This document shows, piece after piece, positions 48,850-60,508 of a DNA stretch of 64,000 bases. Positions within the stretch are counted from its first letter, which is position 1; every line of letters begins with the position of its first letter. The stretch spans positions 128,001 through 192,000 of the forward strand of contig CAWHBU010000007.1 in the NCBI GenBank assembly GCA_963827685.1, read 5' to 3'. Under the pieces are notes generated by a model. It was given only the letters and a program-made list of their open reading frames with translations, did not search any database and had not been told where the DNA came from. Origin of the DNA: an uncultured delta proteobacterium (lineage in GTDB: Bacteria; Desulfobacterota; BSN033; UBA1163). A program made the position numbers and the translations under genes.

Positions 48850-50022
48850 ATGAATAGTAAGGATTATTCCTCCAATCGGGCGCTCAAGTTCACGGAATCG
48901 GTCATTCGTGAGATGACCCGCGTCTGTCTCGCCCATCAGGGTGTCAACCTGGCACAAGGGTTTCCTGATTTTCCGGCCCCGGCAGAGATTAAGGAAGCGG
49001 CCGTGAAGGCCATTCGAGCGGATTTGAACCAGTATGCCATTACCTGGGGAGAGCCAAATCTTCGTCAAGCCATTGCCGAAAAATTTGCTTGGTATAACGG
49101 CGTCACCATAGACCCTGAAAGAGAGATAACGGTCTGTTGCGGATCAACGGAAGCCATGATCTCTTCCCTGATGGCCATCGTCAATTCTGGCGAAGAGGTC
49201 ATTGTGTTCGAGCCTTTTTACGAGAACTATGGTCCGGATACCATCCTCTGTGATGCCAAGCCGCGATTCATCACGCTCCACGAACCGGACTGGCATTTTG
49301 ACGAGCAGGAATTGACCCGAGCCTTCACCAATAAGACCAAAGCCATCATCATCAACACACCCAATAACCCCACCGGCAAAGTCTTCTCTCGTGAGGAATT
49401 GCAATTCATCGCCGACCTTTGCTTGAAATGGGGTGTGATCGCAGTGACCGACGAGATTTACGAGCACATTCTCTACGATGGAGCCCAACATATCAGTATC
49501 GCCTCTCTGCCCGGCATGCGAGATCAAACCATCACCGTCAACTCCATCTCTAAAACGTATAGCCTGACAGGATGGCGCGTGGGCTGGGCCATTGCTCCGG
49601 CTTCGCTGACGGCTTCCATCCGCAAGGTTCATGATTTTTTGACTGTGGGAGCACCGCATCCTCTGCAAGAGGCTGCTGCCGTAGCGCTAAGGATTGGTCG
49701 AGGCTATTATGAAAATTTGGCGAAAGCATACCATGAGAGGAGGAATTTTTTCCTCCCTGTGTTACAGGAGGTTGGTTTTGGCGTTTTCCCTCCCCGCGGA
49801 GCTTATTATATCATGACCGATATCAGTCCCTTTCGCTTTTCGGACGATGTAAAATTTGCTCTGTATCTGGTGGAGAAATGGGGCGTGGCCACTGTTCCGG
49901 GCAGTAGCTTCTACAGCCGTCCTTCTTTGGGAGCGACCAAGATTCGTTTCTGTTTTCCAAAGAGAATGGAAACCCTTCAAGAGGCCGCTGAGAAATTAAG
50001 GAAGTTCAAAACAGAAAAATGA
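48850..50022 (+). CDS. class I/II PLP aminotransferase (YbdL-like)
   Basis: NLAQGFPD, NTPNNPTG, DEIYEH, SISKTYSLTGWRVG. Confidence 0.9.
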   Translation: MNSKDYSSNRALKFTESVIREMTRVCLAHQGVNLAQGFPDFPAPAEIKEAAVKAIRADLNQYAITWGEPNLRQAIAEKFAWYNGVTIDPEREITVCCGSTEAMISSLMAIVNSGEEVIVFEPFYENYGPDTILCDAKPRFITLHEPDWHFDEQELTRAFTNKTKAIIINTPNNPTGKVFSREELQFIADLCLKWGVIAVTDEIYEHILYDGAQHISIASLPGMRDQTITVNSISKTYSLTGWRVGWAIAPASLTASIRKVHDFLTVGAPHPLQEAAAVALRIGRGYYENLAKAYHERRNFFLPVLQEVGFGVFPPRGAYYIMTDISPFRFSDDVKFALYLVEKWGVATVPGSSFYSRPSLGATKIRFCFPKRMETLQEAAEKLRKFKTEK

Positions 50023-50383
50023 TAAAAATAGTTTTTAGGTTAGGGCTAGGAAGCCCGTTTGGTTTAGGGTAAAAGGGTTCAGGGTAAAAGTTTGAAGACC
50101 AAAACCATAACCCTTCGACAAAACCGGCGTCCTTACCCAAACTCTTAAACGAATTGTTTCTTATCATCTAACTATAGTACCTAACTATTTTTTCATGAAG
50201 GATGCGTCATCCGCAAACGATGAAAATTCAACCCATCTCCCCTCCCCCTTGACGGGGGAGGGTGAGGGTGGGGGTAAACACGCCGTACTCCCCCTGACCC
50301 TGTCCCTCTCCCACCAGGGGAGAGGGGAATAATTGTATTTATTTTCTAAATAAGGAAGGTAACCACGCTATACGGTGGGTATA

Positions 50384-50412
50384 AAAAAGGGCGGTCACTT
50401 CGACCGCCCTTT
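50384..50412 (-). terminator. intrinsic terminator after sod
   Basis: AAAGGGCGGTC..GACCGCCCTTT with T tract. Confidence 0.7.
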
Positions 50413-50444
50413 CGGGCCTTCCACGAGCCTTTACTAAGACCTCC

Positions 50445-51023
50445 CTATTTGATACGTCCTTCCACGACCTCCCATTTGATATTTTTAAAGAAGGCCGTAA
50501 TATAATCCGCCCTTTTCAATCCATAATCAATCATAAAGGCATGTTCGAAAACATCCATGATCAATAACGGATTGCAGCCTGCTGGATGCCCGACGTCATG
50601 CTCATTGATCCACTGGTTGATCAATTTCCCGCTTGCGGGATCCTGGTAGAGGATAGCCCATCCGACGCCCCGCATCGCGCCCACTCCTTTAAAATCGGCC
50701 TCCCAATTTTCGTAGCTTCCAAATTCTTCAGCCAACTTCTTCCCGAGTTTGCCGGACTTATTCAATGCTCCATTGCCCCCTAAATTCTCAAAGTAGAACT
50801 CATGGAGCCGCATACCATTAAACTCCCAGCCTAACCGACGCTTTAACTCGGCATATTCAGGAGTTCCAATCTTCCCTCCCTTTGCCATTTCTGAAAGGGA
50901 ATCCAAGACCTTATTGGTATTAGTCACATACCCCTGATAGAGAGTAAAATGGTTTTTCAATAAGGTCTCGCTAAATCCCTCCATTCCAATAAGCTTATTG
51001 TAATCTTTTGCCGTGTATGCCAT
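50445..51023 (-). CDS. Fe/Mn superoxide dismutase family protein
   Basis: HFTLYQGYV, LHE, GVGWA, DVFEHAF; start after AGGAG. Confidence 0.88.
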   Translation of the reverse strand: MAYTAKDYNKLIGMEGFSETLLKNHFTLYQGYVTNTNKVLDSLSEMAKGGKIGTPEYAELKRRLGWEFNGMRLHEFYFENLGGNGALNKSGKLGKKLAEEFGSYENWEADFKGVGAMRGVGWAILYQDPASGKLINQWINEHDVGHPAGCNPLLIMDVFEHAFMIDYGLKRADYITAFFKNIKWEVVEGRIK

Positions 51024-51317
51024 GTCTCTCCTCCTTTCAATGATATATAATTTCATCATAACAAAAAAAATCTCAGTTTCAAGGAAATTTTTGAGGGGAT
51101 TTCTAAAAAAGGGTAGAAATCCCTGATTTCACCGATTATGAAACGATTACACAGATAGGAAGGCATTGAAAAATGAGGTAAATCTGCGTAATCATCTCTT
51201 AAAATCTGTGTGATCAAAAGAGCGTGTAGTAATTTTTCAAAGCTCGCTGGGAACTTGACAAATTCAAAAGACGTAATTATTTTTTATTTAGAAATCAGAA
51301 GAAAGGAGTGATGAAGT

Positions 51318-51788
51318 ATGGCATGGGAATTAACTACTTGGAAGCCCTTTAGGGAGTTGGCCCCTTTTAGGGAATTTGAGAGGATGAGGAGGGATATGGA
51401 CCGGTTTTGGGACTCCTTCTTAGAAGGCGGATTAAGAAGGAAAACCGAGGACGGCGGGGAATGGCTTCCTTCTCTCGATGTCGCCGAGACAAAAAATGAG
51501 CTGGTGGTGAAAGCCGAAGTTCCTGGAATGGACCCCAAAAATATCGATATCTCCCTTTCTGATGGGTTGCTCACCATTAAAGGTGAAAAGAAAGAGGAAA
51601 AAGAAGAAAAAGAGGCCGATTATCACCTTGTCGAGAGAAGTTATGGAGCCTTTACGCGTTCGATTCGCCTTCCTGCGGAAGTGCAGGGCGACAAGATCAA
51701 TGCTTCTTACAAGAACGGTGTTTTGAAAATCACCCTTCCAAAATCTGAGGAAGCCAAGAAGAAAGAAATCAAGATCAAGGTTGAATAA
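51318..51788 (+). CDS. Hsp20/alpha-crystallin small heat-shock protein
   Basis: PSLDVAET, ERSYGAF.R..LP, ASYKNGVLKITLPK. Confidence 0.93.
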   Translation: MAWELTTWKPFRELAPFREFERMRRDMDRFWDSFLEGGLRRKTEDGGEWLPSLDVAETKNELVVKAEVPGMDPKNIDISLSDGLLTIKGEKKEEKEEKEADYHLVERSYGAFTRSIRLPAEVQGDKINASYKNGVLKITLPKSEEAKKKEIKIKVE

Positions 51789-51815
51789 ACTTGGATTTTA
51801 CACCAGTGAAATAAG

Positions 51816-51840
51816 AAAGGCGTCCGAAAGGACGCCTTTC
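51816..51840 (+). terminator. terminator after hsp20
   Basis: AAAGGCGTCC-GAAA-GGACGCCTTT. Confidence 0.75.
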
Positions 51841-52258
51841 CTCAATTTAGCCAACCCTCTTTCCTATCCCCATCCCTTATCCCGAAATCCGCAATCTGCA
51901 TTCTGCAATCTATTATTATACTATCTCCTTATATCCTCATATAAATATCTGTGATCCGCTATGCCCCATGCGCTCTGCGTGCATTTGGAATCGGCCAACT
52001 TTTTTATCGGTGACACTACGATTGCGAACTCAAGGATAATGATTTGACCCCATTCCGCCGTCCCAGCGATGAGTCCTATTCCTTCGAGTCAATCTTGGTC
52101 AATGATTCTTGAGAACGTCAGATGGTCCTAAAAAGGAAAGTAGGTTATAATAGAGGCAAAATATGAGGTGAAAAGCAGAATAAAAGTTGCTTTCAGAACG
52201 ATATACAACCAAATTCCAATCCCCATGATCTCACAGGGACAATTTTGGGGAGCTTAAT

Positions 52259-52441
52259 GTGAAATGCGATCGATGTAACGGGATGATGATTCATGAGGAG
52301 TTTTTCGGTTCAAATGGTCCCTTCTTTAGCTGGCGGTGCTTAATTTGTGGAGAGGTTGTCGATCAGACGATCATAGAAAATCGGGATCATCAGAGCCACG
52401 GCGGGGAGTGGGACAGAAGAGGCAAGAAATCGAAGAGATAA
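52259..52441 (+). CDS. small Zn-ribbon protein
   Basis: CDRC..WRCLICGE; GGGAG RBS. Confidence 0.7.
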   Translation: MKCDRCNGMMIHEEFFGSNGPFFSWRCLICGEVVDQTIIENRDHQSHGGEWDRRGKKSKR

Positions 52442-52564
52442 TCCCATCTCAACCCTCCCAATCATTTTTCCATTAACCCATTAACTCATTTACGCGTTAA
52501 CTCGTCTACGGTTAGGAATGGGCCAACTTTTTTATGGATGCCACCGGCAATTCATTTCTTACTC

Positions 52565-52987
52565 TCATGAAACATACTCCAAAAACTCTTGTGGAGAAAC
52601 AACCTTGCATGAAATTCCATTGGCTTTCAGTTTGTCGTGCGAAATACTAAGCAAGTCCTTGTCTCCTGTGACCAGGAATTCGGCTCCTGTCTCTTTACAC
52701 AAAGAGAGATAATGATCATCCTTGGGATCCCTTGATAAAACCACATGAGTTGAAATAGAAATGTGCTTCGCCAAACTTAACAATTGTTGGATTTTCTCCC
52801 GGAGAAATAGAATTTGGTCATTTGAAAGTTTTTTCGAAAGTCCCAAAATGACTCCTTGGAGCTCTCGTTCGATAGTGTCAGAAAGATAGACCTCATGATC
52901 TTCCAATGCCCGAACAACAGCCTCTAAGGGTTTTCCCCCAAAGGCAGCCGAGATGATTACGTTGGCATCGATAACGACTTTAGCCAT
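52565..52987 (-). CDS. PIN-domain toxin (putative TA toxin, PIN family)
   Basis: VVIDANVIISA, RDPKDD, LVTGDKDLL. Confidence 0.88.
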   Translation of the reverse strand: MAKVVIDANVIISAAFGGKPLEAVVRALEDHEVYLSDTIERELQGVILGLSKKLSNDQILFLREKIQQLLSLAKHISISTHVVLSRDPKDDHYLSLCKETGAEFLVTGDKDLLSISHDKLKANGISCKVVSPQEFLEYVS

Positions 52988-53213
52988 AGATTTCCCGCCT
53001 GGCACGGTCGAGGGCTTTGAGGGCTTCCTTTTTTGAGATCCCAGCTTCTGCCAGGACCCTTCCAATTTCAAGAAGGATAATCTCTCCACTGTCTTTCTGG
53101 ACAGGGGTTAGGCGGGCAATCGGTTTCTTACGTTTCATGACAACGATCTCGTTGCCTCCATTTAAATATTTGACCACATCCTGTTTGAACTCCCTGACAC
53201 CTACGAATTTCAT
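52980..53213 (-). CDS. Phd/YefM-like antitoxin
   Basis: VGVREFK..IVVMKRKKPIARL; overlaps the toxin start. Confidence 0.8.
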   Translation of the reverse strand: MKFVGVREFKQDVVKYLNGGNEIVVMKRKKPIARLTPVQKDSGEIILLEIGRVLAEAGISKKEALKALDRARREIYG

Positions 53214-53723
53214 TTTCCTCACCTCCGAAAATAATGTTACCACAAATGTGGGAATAATGCAAAAGGTCTTTGATGGAGTGCCTGGAGTGGTGTCGGTCAG
53301 TTTCTACGGAGGCAAGAATCTTTATTGAAAAGTAGAAGCACTTAAAAAAGTGTGCTTCCCGGAGAGGTAATTATCATTCCATATTGTGCGCTCGGCAGCG
53401 CACCTTCCGGCCAGTCAGGCGTTATGGTTTTTCTTTGAGCTTTCAACTTTAAACTTTGAGCTTTACGCTATGCTCTATGCGCCATGCCCTTTGCGGTTTT
53501 TGTTTTGATGAGCCTTTTTATAGATGATTCATTCTCCCCAACACCGCGTCTCCCTATCTCCTCGTCTCCCAAGCATCTTCTTATTGTCACCCTATCTCCC
53601 TATCTCGCCATCTTTCTTTTGGAGAGGGCCAACTTTCTTATGGATGAGCCCGTAGCTTCTGTAGCTTTTGCATAAACCAGACACCCTAAGTCTTCATCCA
53701 ACGACCACCCCCTCCGCCTTCAT

Positions 53724-54116
<393 letters not shown>

Positions 54117-54155
54117 TTAAACTATCAAGTTCTTTTCTCCGAACTCCAGACTTAA

Positions 54156-55466
54156 TTAAAAAGAATATCCTACTTCGCCATGCTGACTGGTATCCAGACC
54201 ACTGATCTCATGCTCTTCACTCACTCTCAAGCCCATGGCCCAATCAAGGACCTTCAATATGATCCATGTTACCACAAAGGAATAAACCCATACTGAAACG
54301 ACGCTGAGTGCCTGAATCCCAATCAGCGAAGGATTGCCAAAGAGTAAGCCGTCATTTCCTGCTGAATTAATTGCCCTTGCTGCAAACAAGCCGGTGGCCA
54401 ATACCCCCCATGTGCTTCCTACTCCATGAACAGCGACGACATCGAGAGAATCATCGTATCCGAATTTGGTCTTCAGGTTGAGGGCATAATAGCATAACAC
54501 ACCCGCAACCAGTCCAATGATGATCGCTGAAATGGGCCCCACGAATCCTGAGGCAGGTGTGATGGTCGCCAGTCCTGCTACGGCACCCGATGCCGCACCA
54601 AGAACGGTTGGGTTACCCCTGTCTGCCCATTCAGCGATCATCCACGAAAGAGCTGCGGAGGCTGCGGAAAATTGAGTCGCTACAAAAGCAGACGTGGCAA
54701 GCGAACCCGATGTTAGGGCACTCCCGCCATTGAAACCAAACCAGCCAAACCAGAGAATCCCTGCACCCAGAAGGGTCATCGTCAGATTGTGAGGAGGCAT
54801 GTCTTCTTTACCGTAACCTTTTCTTTTTCCCACGACCAGAGCCGCCGCTAAGGAGGCAACTCCAGCGCTGATATGGACGACCAGCCCCCCTGCGAAATCA
54901 AGCCCGCCAAGATTTTTGATCCAACCCCCCACTCCCCAGACCCAATGTGCAAGGGGGTCATAGACAAATGTTGACCAGAGGATGAGGAAGACAAGATAGG
55001 TCTTAAATTTAAATCTTTCAGCAAATGCGCCAGTAATCAGGGCGGGTGTGATCACAGCAAACATCATCTGAAAGATCATAAAAGCCTGATGGGGAACTGT
55101 GGCAGAATAGCCAGGGAACGGATCAAGTCCCACACCTCTGAGTCCTATCCAATCAAGATTTCCAATCACATGACCCACATCAGGTCCAAACGCGAGACTG
55201 TATCCGTAGAAAGCCCACTGGATAGTGATCACTCCCAGTGCAATAAAACTTTGCATGATCGTCCCCAGGACATTTTTTGATCTCACCAAACCTCCGTAGA
55301 AAAGGGCAAGCCCAGGCATCATCAACATCACCAGGGCGGCGGAGATGAGAAGCCAGGCAATATCTCCCGAATCCATTTTGGGGAGTGAGGGGGCCGGTGC
55401 CTCGGCAAAAGCAACCCCGGCGATGAACAGGCTCATCAACAACGACAGGAATAGGATTTTTTTCAT
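54156..55466 (-). CDS. amtB: ammonium transporter
   Basis: PGLALFYGG, DFAGGLVVH, WFGWFGFNGGS, DDSLDV..HG. Confidence 0.93.
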   Translation of the reverse strand: MKKILFLSLLMSLFIAGVAFAEAPAPSLPKMDSGDIAWLLISAALVMLMMPGLALFYGGLVRSKNVLGTIMQSFIALGVITIQWAFYGYSLAFGPDVGHVIGNLDWIGLRGVGLDPFPGYSATVPHQAFMIFQMMFAVITPALITGAFAERFKFKTYLVFLILWSTFVYDPLAHWVWGVGGWIKNLGGLDFAGGLVVHISAGVASLAAALVVGKRKGYGKEDMPPHNLTMTLLGAGILWFGWFGFNGGSALTSGSLATSAFVATQFSAASAALSWMIAEWADRGNPTVLGAASGAVAGLATITPASGFVGPISAIIIGLVAGVLCYYALNLKTKFGYDDSLDVVAVHGVGSTWGVLATGLFAARAINSAGNDGLLFGNPSLIGIQALSVVSVWVYSFVVTWIILKVLDWAMGLRVSEEHEISGLDTSQHGEVGYSF

Positions 55467-55555
55467 TACACGCCTCCTATGAAAAATTGCGGAATAAACC
55501 ATCAAATACCTTCCATGCCACCTTATTGTCAAGAGCCCCCGATGTCGCGTATCAA

Positions 55556-57176
55556 CGGGCTGTTGCCCAAATGATACTTGCAACGATTATACATTCGAGC
55601 TATAAGCATGGCAGCACAAATCTGGAATGGAGATATTGCCATGATGGGACAACAGACAGGAATTCAGCCGAAGATCTTCTATCATCATATGAACCTGGAA
55701 CAAAGGATTCCCCGGACACACCTTCTGAGAAGGATTCAAGAGCAGATTGACTTTAACTTCATCTATGCAGAGGTCAGAGACACCTATGGGGGCAACGGGA
55801 ATGTGTCCATTCCCCCTCCTGTAATCCTGAAGATGATGTTGCTGTTAGTTCTTTACAATGTTCGATCGGAACGAGAGTTAATGGAAACGATCCCCATGCG
55901 TTTAGACTGGCTATGGTTTTTAGGGTACGACATAGACAGTGAGGTGCCGGATCACAGTGTTTTGAGTAAAGCCAGGGCGCGGTGGGGAGTGGAAGCGTTT
56001 AGGGGGTTCTTTGAGCGAATGGTGTGGCAATGTGTGGAGGCGGGGTTAGTGGACGGCAGAAAGATCTTTGTGGATTCGAGCCTGGTGGATGCGGATGCAT
56101 CGAACAACTCCGTGATCGACACGCGATCGTTGAAGGTTCAACTCCAGGAGGGCTACAAGAAGCTGGAAGCACGATTAGAGGAAAAGAGCGAGAGCACGGA
56201 TTCCTCCAGGAGATACGTTAAAGAGAACAGCCGATACATTTCAACGACCGATCCGGATGCATCGATAGTGAATCGTGGCAAGCCCAAACTCTCCTATCAG
56301 GTTCATCGGGCAGTGGATGAGCGGAGTGAAGTGATCACGGCGATCGAAACGACAACAGGAGATGTCAATGAAGCGCATGAGATGATTCCTCTGATAGAGA
56401 GCCACCGTTTAAATACAGGGATCAATGCGGATACGGTGGTGGCCGACAGCAAATACGGGACGATCGAGAACTTTTTGGCCTGTCATGATAGAGGAGTAGA
56501 GGCCCACATGCCGGACTTGAGGGAAATTTCATTGAAGCGTACAGAAAAGCAGAATATCTTTGGGGAAGAGCGGTTTGAGTATGATCGGGAGAGTGACACC
56601 TATCGTTGTCCGGCTGGGCATCGGTTGAAGCCTAGATCATTACATATGAGTCGGCAAAGTAGAGATTACGCTGCACCCAAGAAGATTTGTGCAGCATGTG
56701 ACTTAAGAGAGCAGTGTACTAGAAACAGATCAGGTCGGACAATTAAGCGACATCTGAGGCAGGAAGATCTAGACAGGATGCGAGAAGCGAGTCGATCGGC
56801 CAAAGCGAAGCGGGATATCAAAGTGAGGCAGCATTTGATGGAGCGTTCCTATGCCAGAGGGACGCGGTATGGATATGACCGGGCACGATGGAGAGGGCTT
56901 TGGCGGGTGCAGATACAGGAATACCTGATCTCTGCTGTCCAGAACATTGAGGTTTTGCTTAGGTACGGATCTTACCTAAAGAGAAGTCCATCGGTGATGA
57001 TGGAGCAGATCAAAGGGGCTGTGACAAGGGAGATAAGGTCCTTTTCAGATTTTAAGGAGCTAATGAACTCAAAAATTGGCCGAATGGTGCTATTTGGTTT
57101 TACTTACCCTCGGCTATCATTCATGGAAACTCAAACTGTCAGATATTTTTGAATTGGGCTTTTGAGCAACAGCCCG
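55556..57176 (+). mobile_element. IS1182-family insertion sequence
   Basis: IRs CGGGCTGTTGCCCAAA / TTTGAGCAACAGCCCG flanked by 4-bp TCAA direct repeats. Confidence 0.9.
55641..57152 (+). CDS. IS1182 transposase
   Basis: SEREL, PDHSVLS, VDSS..ADAS, TDPDA, ADSKY, CPAG, C..C.LR..C. Confidence 0.9.
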   Translation: MMGQQTGIQPKIFYHHMNLEQRIPRTHLLRRIQEQIDFNFIYAEVRDTYGGNGNVSIPPPVILKMMLLLVLYNVRSERELMETIPMRLDWLWFLGYDIDSEVPDHSVLSKARARWGVEAFRGFFERMVWQCVEAGLVDGRKIFVDSSLVDADASNNSVIDTRSLKVQLQEGYKKLEARLEEKSESTDSSRRYVKENSRYISTTDPDASIVNRGKPKLSYQVHRAVDERSEVITAIETTTGDVNEAHEMIPLIESHRLNTGINADTVVADSKYGTIENFLACHDRGVEAHMPDLREISLKRTEKQNIFGEERFEYDRESDTYRCPAGHRLKPRSLHMSRQSRDYAAPKKICAACDLREQCTRNRSGRTIKRHLRQEDLDRMREASRSAKAKRDIKVRQHLMERSYARGTRYGYDRARWRGLWRVQIQEYLISAVQNIEVLLRYGSYLKRSPSVMMEQIKGAVTREIRSFSDFKELMNSKIGRMVLFGFTYPRLSFMETQTVRYF

Positions 57177-57591
57177 TCAAGATCAGGCACCTATGCGAGG
57201 CAAAACCTGGAGGAAAATTGTCCCGTGTCAAGGGGCTGACCCCAGGCCACATTCCTAAATTCCTTTTATCACTCCTTACGCTATGCGCTTTGCCCTTTGC
57301 GGTTTTTGTTTTGATGAGCCTTTTCATGGATGATTTATTCTCCCCAACACCGCGTCTCCCTATCTTCCCATCATCTTCTTATTGTCTCCCTATCCCCTCA
57401 TCTCCCCATCTTCATTTTAATGGGAATGGGCCAACTTTTTTGTGGATGAGAATCGTATTCGCTCTGCGATTTTGACGTTCAAATTGGGGTTCTAAACCTG
57501 AAATCAGCCTCCTTTTTTTAGAAATGACTAATTCGATCAGGCGGCTAACTTTGTCCGATCCCAGCCCCGCCTACTTAAGTTGTTTTAGAAC

Positions 57592-58797
57592 CTACGTTAT
57601 ATATTCTTTTAGGTGAAGGGTCCCCTCCGTTTCGGGCCATTTCCCATCTCCTTTGCGTCCCCTTGTTTGAGCAGTTAGAATCTCTCGGCCGAAATGATCT
57701 CGCAGCCATTTTTTCAAGCCCGGAATCTCTTCCATCTCTCTTATCGACCGGGGATTTTTCAAAGCGAGACCATTGATCAAGGCGTTGTTCAAAAGGATTC
57801 CAGGCTCCATCCCTAAGTTTTTTGCCCGCATATCCCGCCAGGTTTTTAGTGCTTTGACCCTTTTGCGTAAGAGGGGTGACAAATCCGGCTTTGCCTCCCG
57901 GGGGTACACCGGAAGATCTTCATCGGGAATGGCCATGGCCCGGTGAATTTCCTGCAGCAGGCGTGTCCCATATCTGTCGATTTGCTTCCGGCTCAGGACT
58001 TTTCCCGTTTCCAATTCTTCAAGGCGCAAAGGTTTTTTCATGGCCAATTCCAGGAGGGGTTCGTTGCGGAGCACCTTGAAGGGGGGAAGATCCGACTTCT
58101 GGGCCTGGGCCTCTCGGAATTCCAGCAAAGCCTCCAGAACCGCAAGACTCCTGGGATCCAGGAGAAAAGCCCCTTTCACTTTTAGGTAAAGCGGGTCATG
58201 GCTGGGGAGAGTGAATCGGACCTTACTCAGAAATAGGCATTCTTCCTCCATCCAGGATAATCGGCTCTTCTCTTCCAGTTCCTTTTCCAGCATACGGGCT
58301 AAGGGAATCAGGTACATGCCGTCCATCGCTGCGTATTCCACCATCTCCGGGGAAAGGGGTCTTTGGGACCAATCGGCCCGCTGATATTTCTTATTCAGCT
58401 CCACATGGACCCGACTTCGCAGCAACGCTTCCAGGCCGCTCTCCCGGAGGCCCAGAAATTTACAGGCCAACTGTGTATCGAAGAGGTTCTCGACCTCGAG
58501 CCGAAAGTCCCGGTACAGGGAACGGATATCATAATCCGCCCCGTGGAATACTTTGCGGATGCGGGGATTGGAGAAAACGGGGTGTAAAGCGGAAAGATCC
58601 CTTAGCGCCAAAGGATCAATGACATAAGAGGCGGATTCCGTAGCGATCTGTATGAGGCATACCTTTTCGAAGTAGTGGTACAAAGAGTCCGCTTCCAGGT
58701 CAACCCCGATGATTTTGGCCTGACCCAGAATCCGGGCAGCCCCTTCCAATTGCGGAAGGGTCTCGATCCATTCATAGGAAAATTTATTTCCATCCAT
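57592..58797 (-). CDS. rnd: ribonuclease D (3'-5' exonuclease plus two HRDC)
   Basis: VDLEAD, HGADYD, FDTQ, DWSQRPL, YAAMD. Confidence 0.88.
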   Translation of the reverse strand: MDGNKFSYEWIETLPQLEGAARILGQAKIIGVDLEADSLYHYFEKVCLIQIATESASYVIDPLALRDLSALHPVFSNPRIRKVFHGADYDIRSLYRDFRLEVENLFDTQLACKFLGLRESGLEALLRSRVHVELNKKYQRADWSQRPLSPEMVEYAAMDGMYLIPLARMLEKELEEKSRLSWMEEECLFLSKVRFTLPSHDPLYLKVKGAFLLDPRSLAVLEALLEFREAQAQKSDLPPFKVLRNEPLLELAMKKPLRLEELETGKVLSRKQIDRYGTRLLQEIHRAMAIPDEDLPVYPREAKPDLSPLLRKRVKALKTWRDMRAKNLGMEPGILLNNALINGLALKNPRSIREMEEIPGLKKWLRDHFGREILTAQTRGRKGDGKWPETEGTLHLKEYIT

Positions 58798-58909
58798 CCT
58801 CTTACGCGCCTTCTTCCATCATGGTTTTGGTCTTACCGCTCTACTGTGAGGCCCGCCTCCATTTATTTAAATAATCTTGTTAATTTTTGCGGGCCTGACC
58901 CCACATTCC

Positions 58910-59101
58910 TTACAGTATTTTTTTAACCCGACCAATTTCACCACTTTCCAAGCGGACTTTAATACCATGGGGGTGAGTAGGAGATTTCGTCAGAATGTCT
59001 TTCACTATACCTTCGGTTAGCTTCCCAGAATGCTGGTCTTTCTTTAATACAATTAAAACCTGTAAGCCTGCTTTCACATCTGCACGATTTGTACCGTCCA
59101 T
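58910..59101 (-). CDS. YwbE/DUF2196 family protein
   Basis: IVLKKDQ..G.LTEG.VKDILT.S..HPHGIKVRL..G.IGRV. Confidence 0.88.
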   Translation of the reverse strand: MDGTNRADVKAGLQVLIVLKKDQHSGKLTEGIVKDILTKSPTHPHGIKVRLESGEIGRVKKIL

Positions 59102-59357
59102 GCTTCCACTTTCATTAAAAACTATTTTAACCTCAAATTTGCAGCCCTAAGCCCCAAATTGCCTATATTTTTCTCCAAGAAATTTACCAATGGAAAAAAT
59201 GGAGATTTGACCCCTATCCTTCCTGACGCCATGCCCCAAGCTCCATGCGCCATGCAGTGTATTAATCGAATTGGGCCAACTTTTTTATGGATGACACCTC
59301 TTGACTGCACGCTCTGCACGAACGTCCCTATAGTTTTTCTGACACCGAAGCTTTTTT

Positions 59358-60071
59358 TTAATATAATCTATCCTGGATATTGTCAATCAGCTTATTAAAA
59401 TAATTTGGCACTTTGGTTTCAAAAGTCATCTGCTCGCCGCTGGTGGGGTGTTTGAAAGAAATCGATTTGGAATGAAGCGCTAAACGCCTGTACCCATTCT
59501 TGGTTTTACCATATTTACGATCGCCTACGATCGGATGTCCCTTATCAGCCATATGTACGCGTATCTGATTCTTCCTGCCGGTCAAGAGATTAATCTCCAG
59601 CAGACTAAACTGCTTGGTCTCTTTAAGCACCTTATAAGCAGTATGTGCCAGTTTGCCTTTTGTGACATCCGTTGTGGAATAGACGACATAAGCCTTGTTC
59701 TCAGACAGGTATGAGGTAATAATTCCCTCTTTTTGGGCCAACTGACCATAAACCACCGCAACATATTTCTTTTCCGTGCCTTTCCACTGAGCCTGCAAAT
59801 GGTACTTAACTTCTTCGCTTTTTGCAAATATCAGTACGCCGGATGTCCACTGGTCCAGCCTATGAACAATGAAAATTCGGTTTCGCGACTTTAGAGAGCC
59901 TTTGCGTACATAATCGGTTAGAATGTAGTAAGCCGTCTTGAATTTATTAGTCTCCGTCCCCACTGTCAATAGCCCCGCAGGCTTATCTACCACCAAGATA
60001 TCTCTATCTTCGTAGAGTATTTCTAACCCTCTTGGCAGATGTTTGCTGGTCGAACGTTTTTTCTTAAGCAT
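59358..60071 (-). CDS. RluA-family pseudouridine synthase, copy 1
   Basis: DKPAGL, HRLDQWTSG, TGRKNQIRVH, GHPIVGD..YG. Confidence 0.9.
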   Translation of the reverse strand: MLKKKRSTSKHLPRGLEILYEDRDILVVDKPAGLLTVGTETNKFKTAYYILTDYVRKGSLKSRNRIFIVHRLDQWTSGVLIFAKSEEVKYHLQAQWKGTEKKYVAVVYGQLAQKEGIITSYLSENKAYVVYSTTDVTKGKLAHTAYKVLKETKQFSLLEINLLTGRKNQIRVHMADKGHPIVGDRKYGKTKNGYRRLALHSKSISFKHPTSGEQMTFETKVPNYFNKLIDNIQDRLY

Positions 60072-60304
60072 ACTGAGTACTCTTCTATCTTGTGCAAGTT
60101 TACTTGTGCAGGTTATAGCCTATTGCCACATTGCTATCGAGTCACAAAGCATGAGGAGTAATAAAGGGGACGGTTCTATTTATTTAGATTCTTTTGCAAT
60201 ATTGCAAGCCTGACCCCACATTCTTACATCATCTTCACTTTTTATGGATGACACCACTAATCTATTATGTAGATTAAATCGATGATTTGTGATATTATTA
60301 ATTT

Positions 60305-60508
60305 GTGAACAGGAAGCCTTTGATTCAAGCAAATCCTTATCTAAAAGATCCTGCAAACCGGCAAAGACTACTCTCCATAGCGGTTTCTTCTTCTACAGCC
60401 ATTGAAGGAATTCATAGAGTATTGCCAGAAGCTATCCGTTTTCGTCCCATAGCAGCCAAATCCGTTATACTTCGTGAACCCGTCGTGTCCTACGGATCAC
60501 GGCGCTGA
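60305..60508 (+). CDS. putative Fic antitoxin-like small protein
   Basis: STAIEG fits the (S/T)xxxE(G/N) inhibitory motif. Confidence 0.5.
   Translation: MNRKPLIQANPYLKDPANRQRLLSIAVSSSTAIEGIHRVLPEAIRFRPIAAKSVILREPVVSYGSRR

Noticed and set aside
53381-53421. Group II intron 5' end (GTGCG..), also at 62114
   Set aside because: No domain V or RT nearby, and related copies read GTGCC; better explained as the hairpin MITE family
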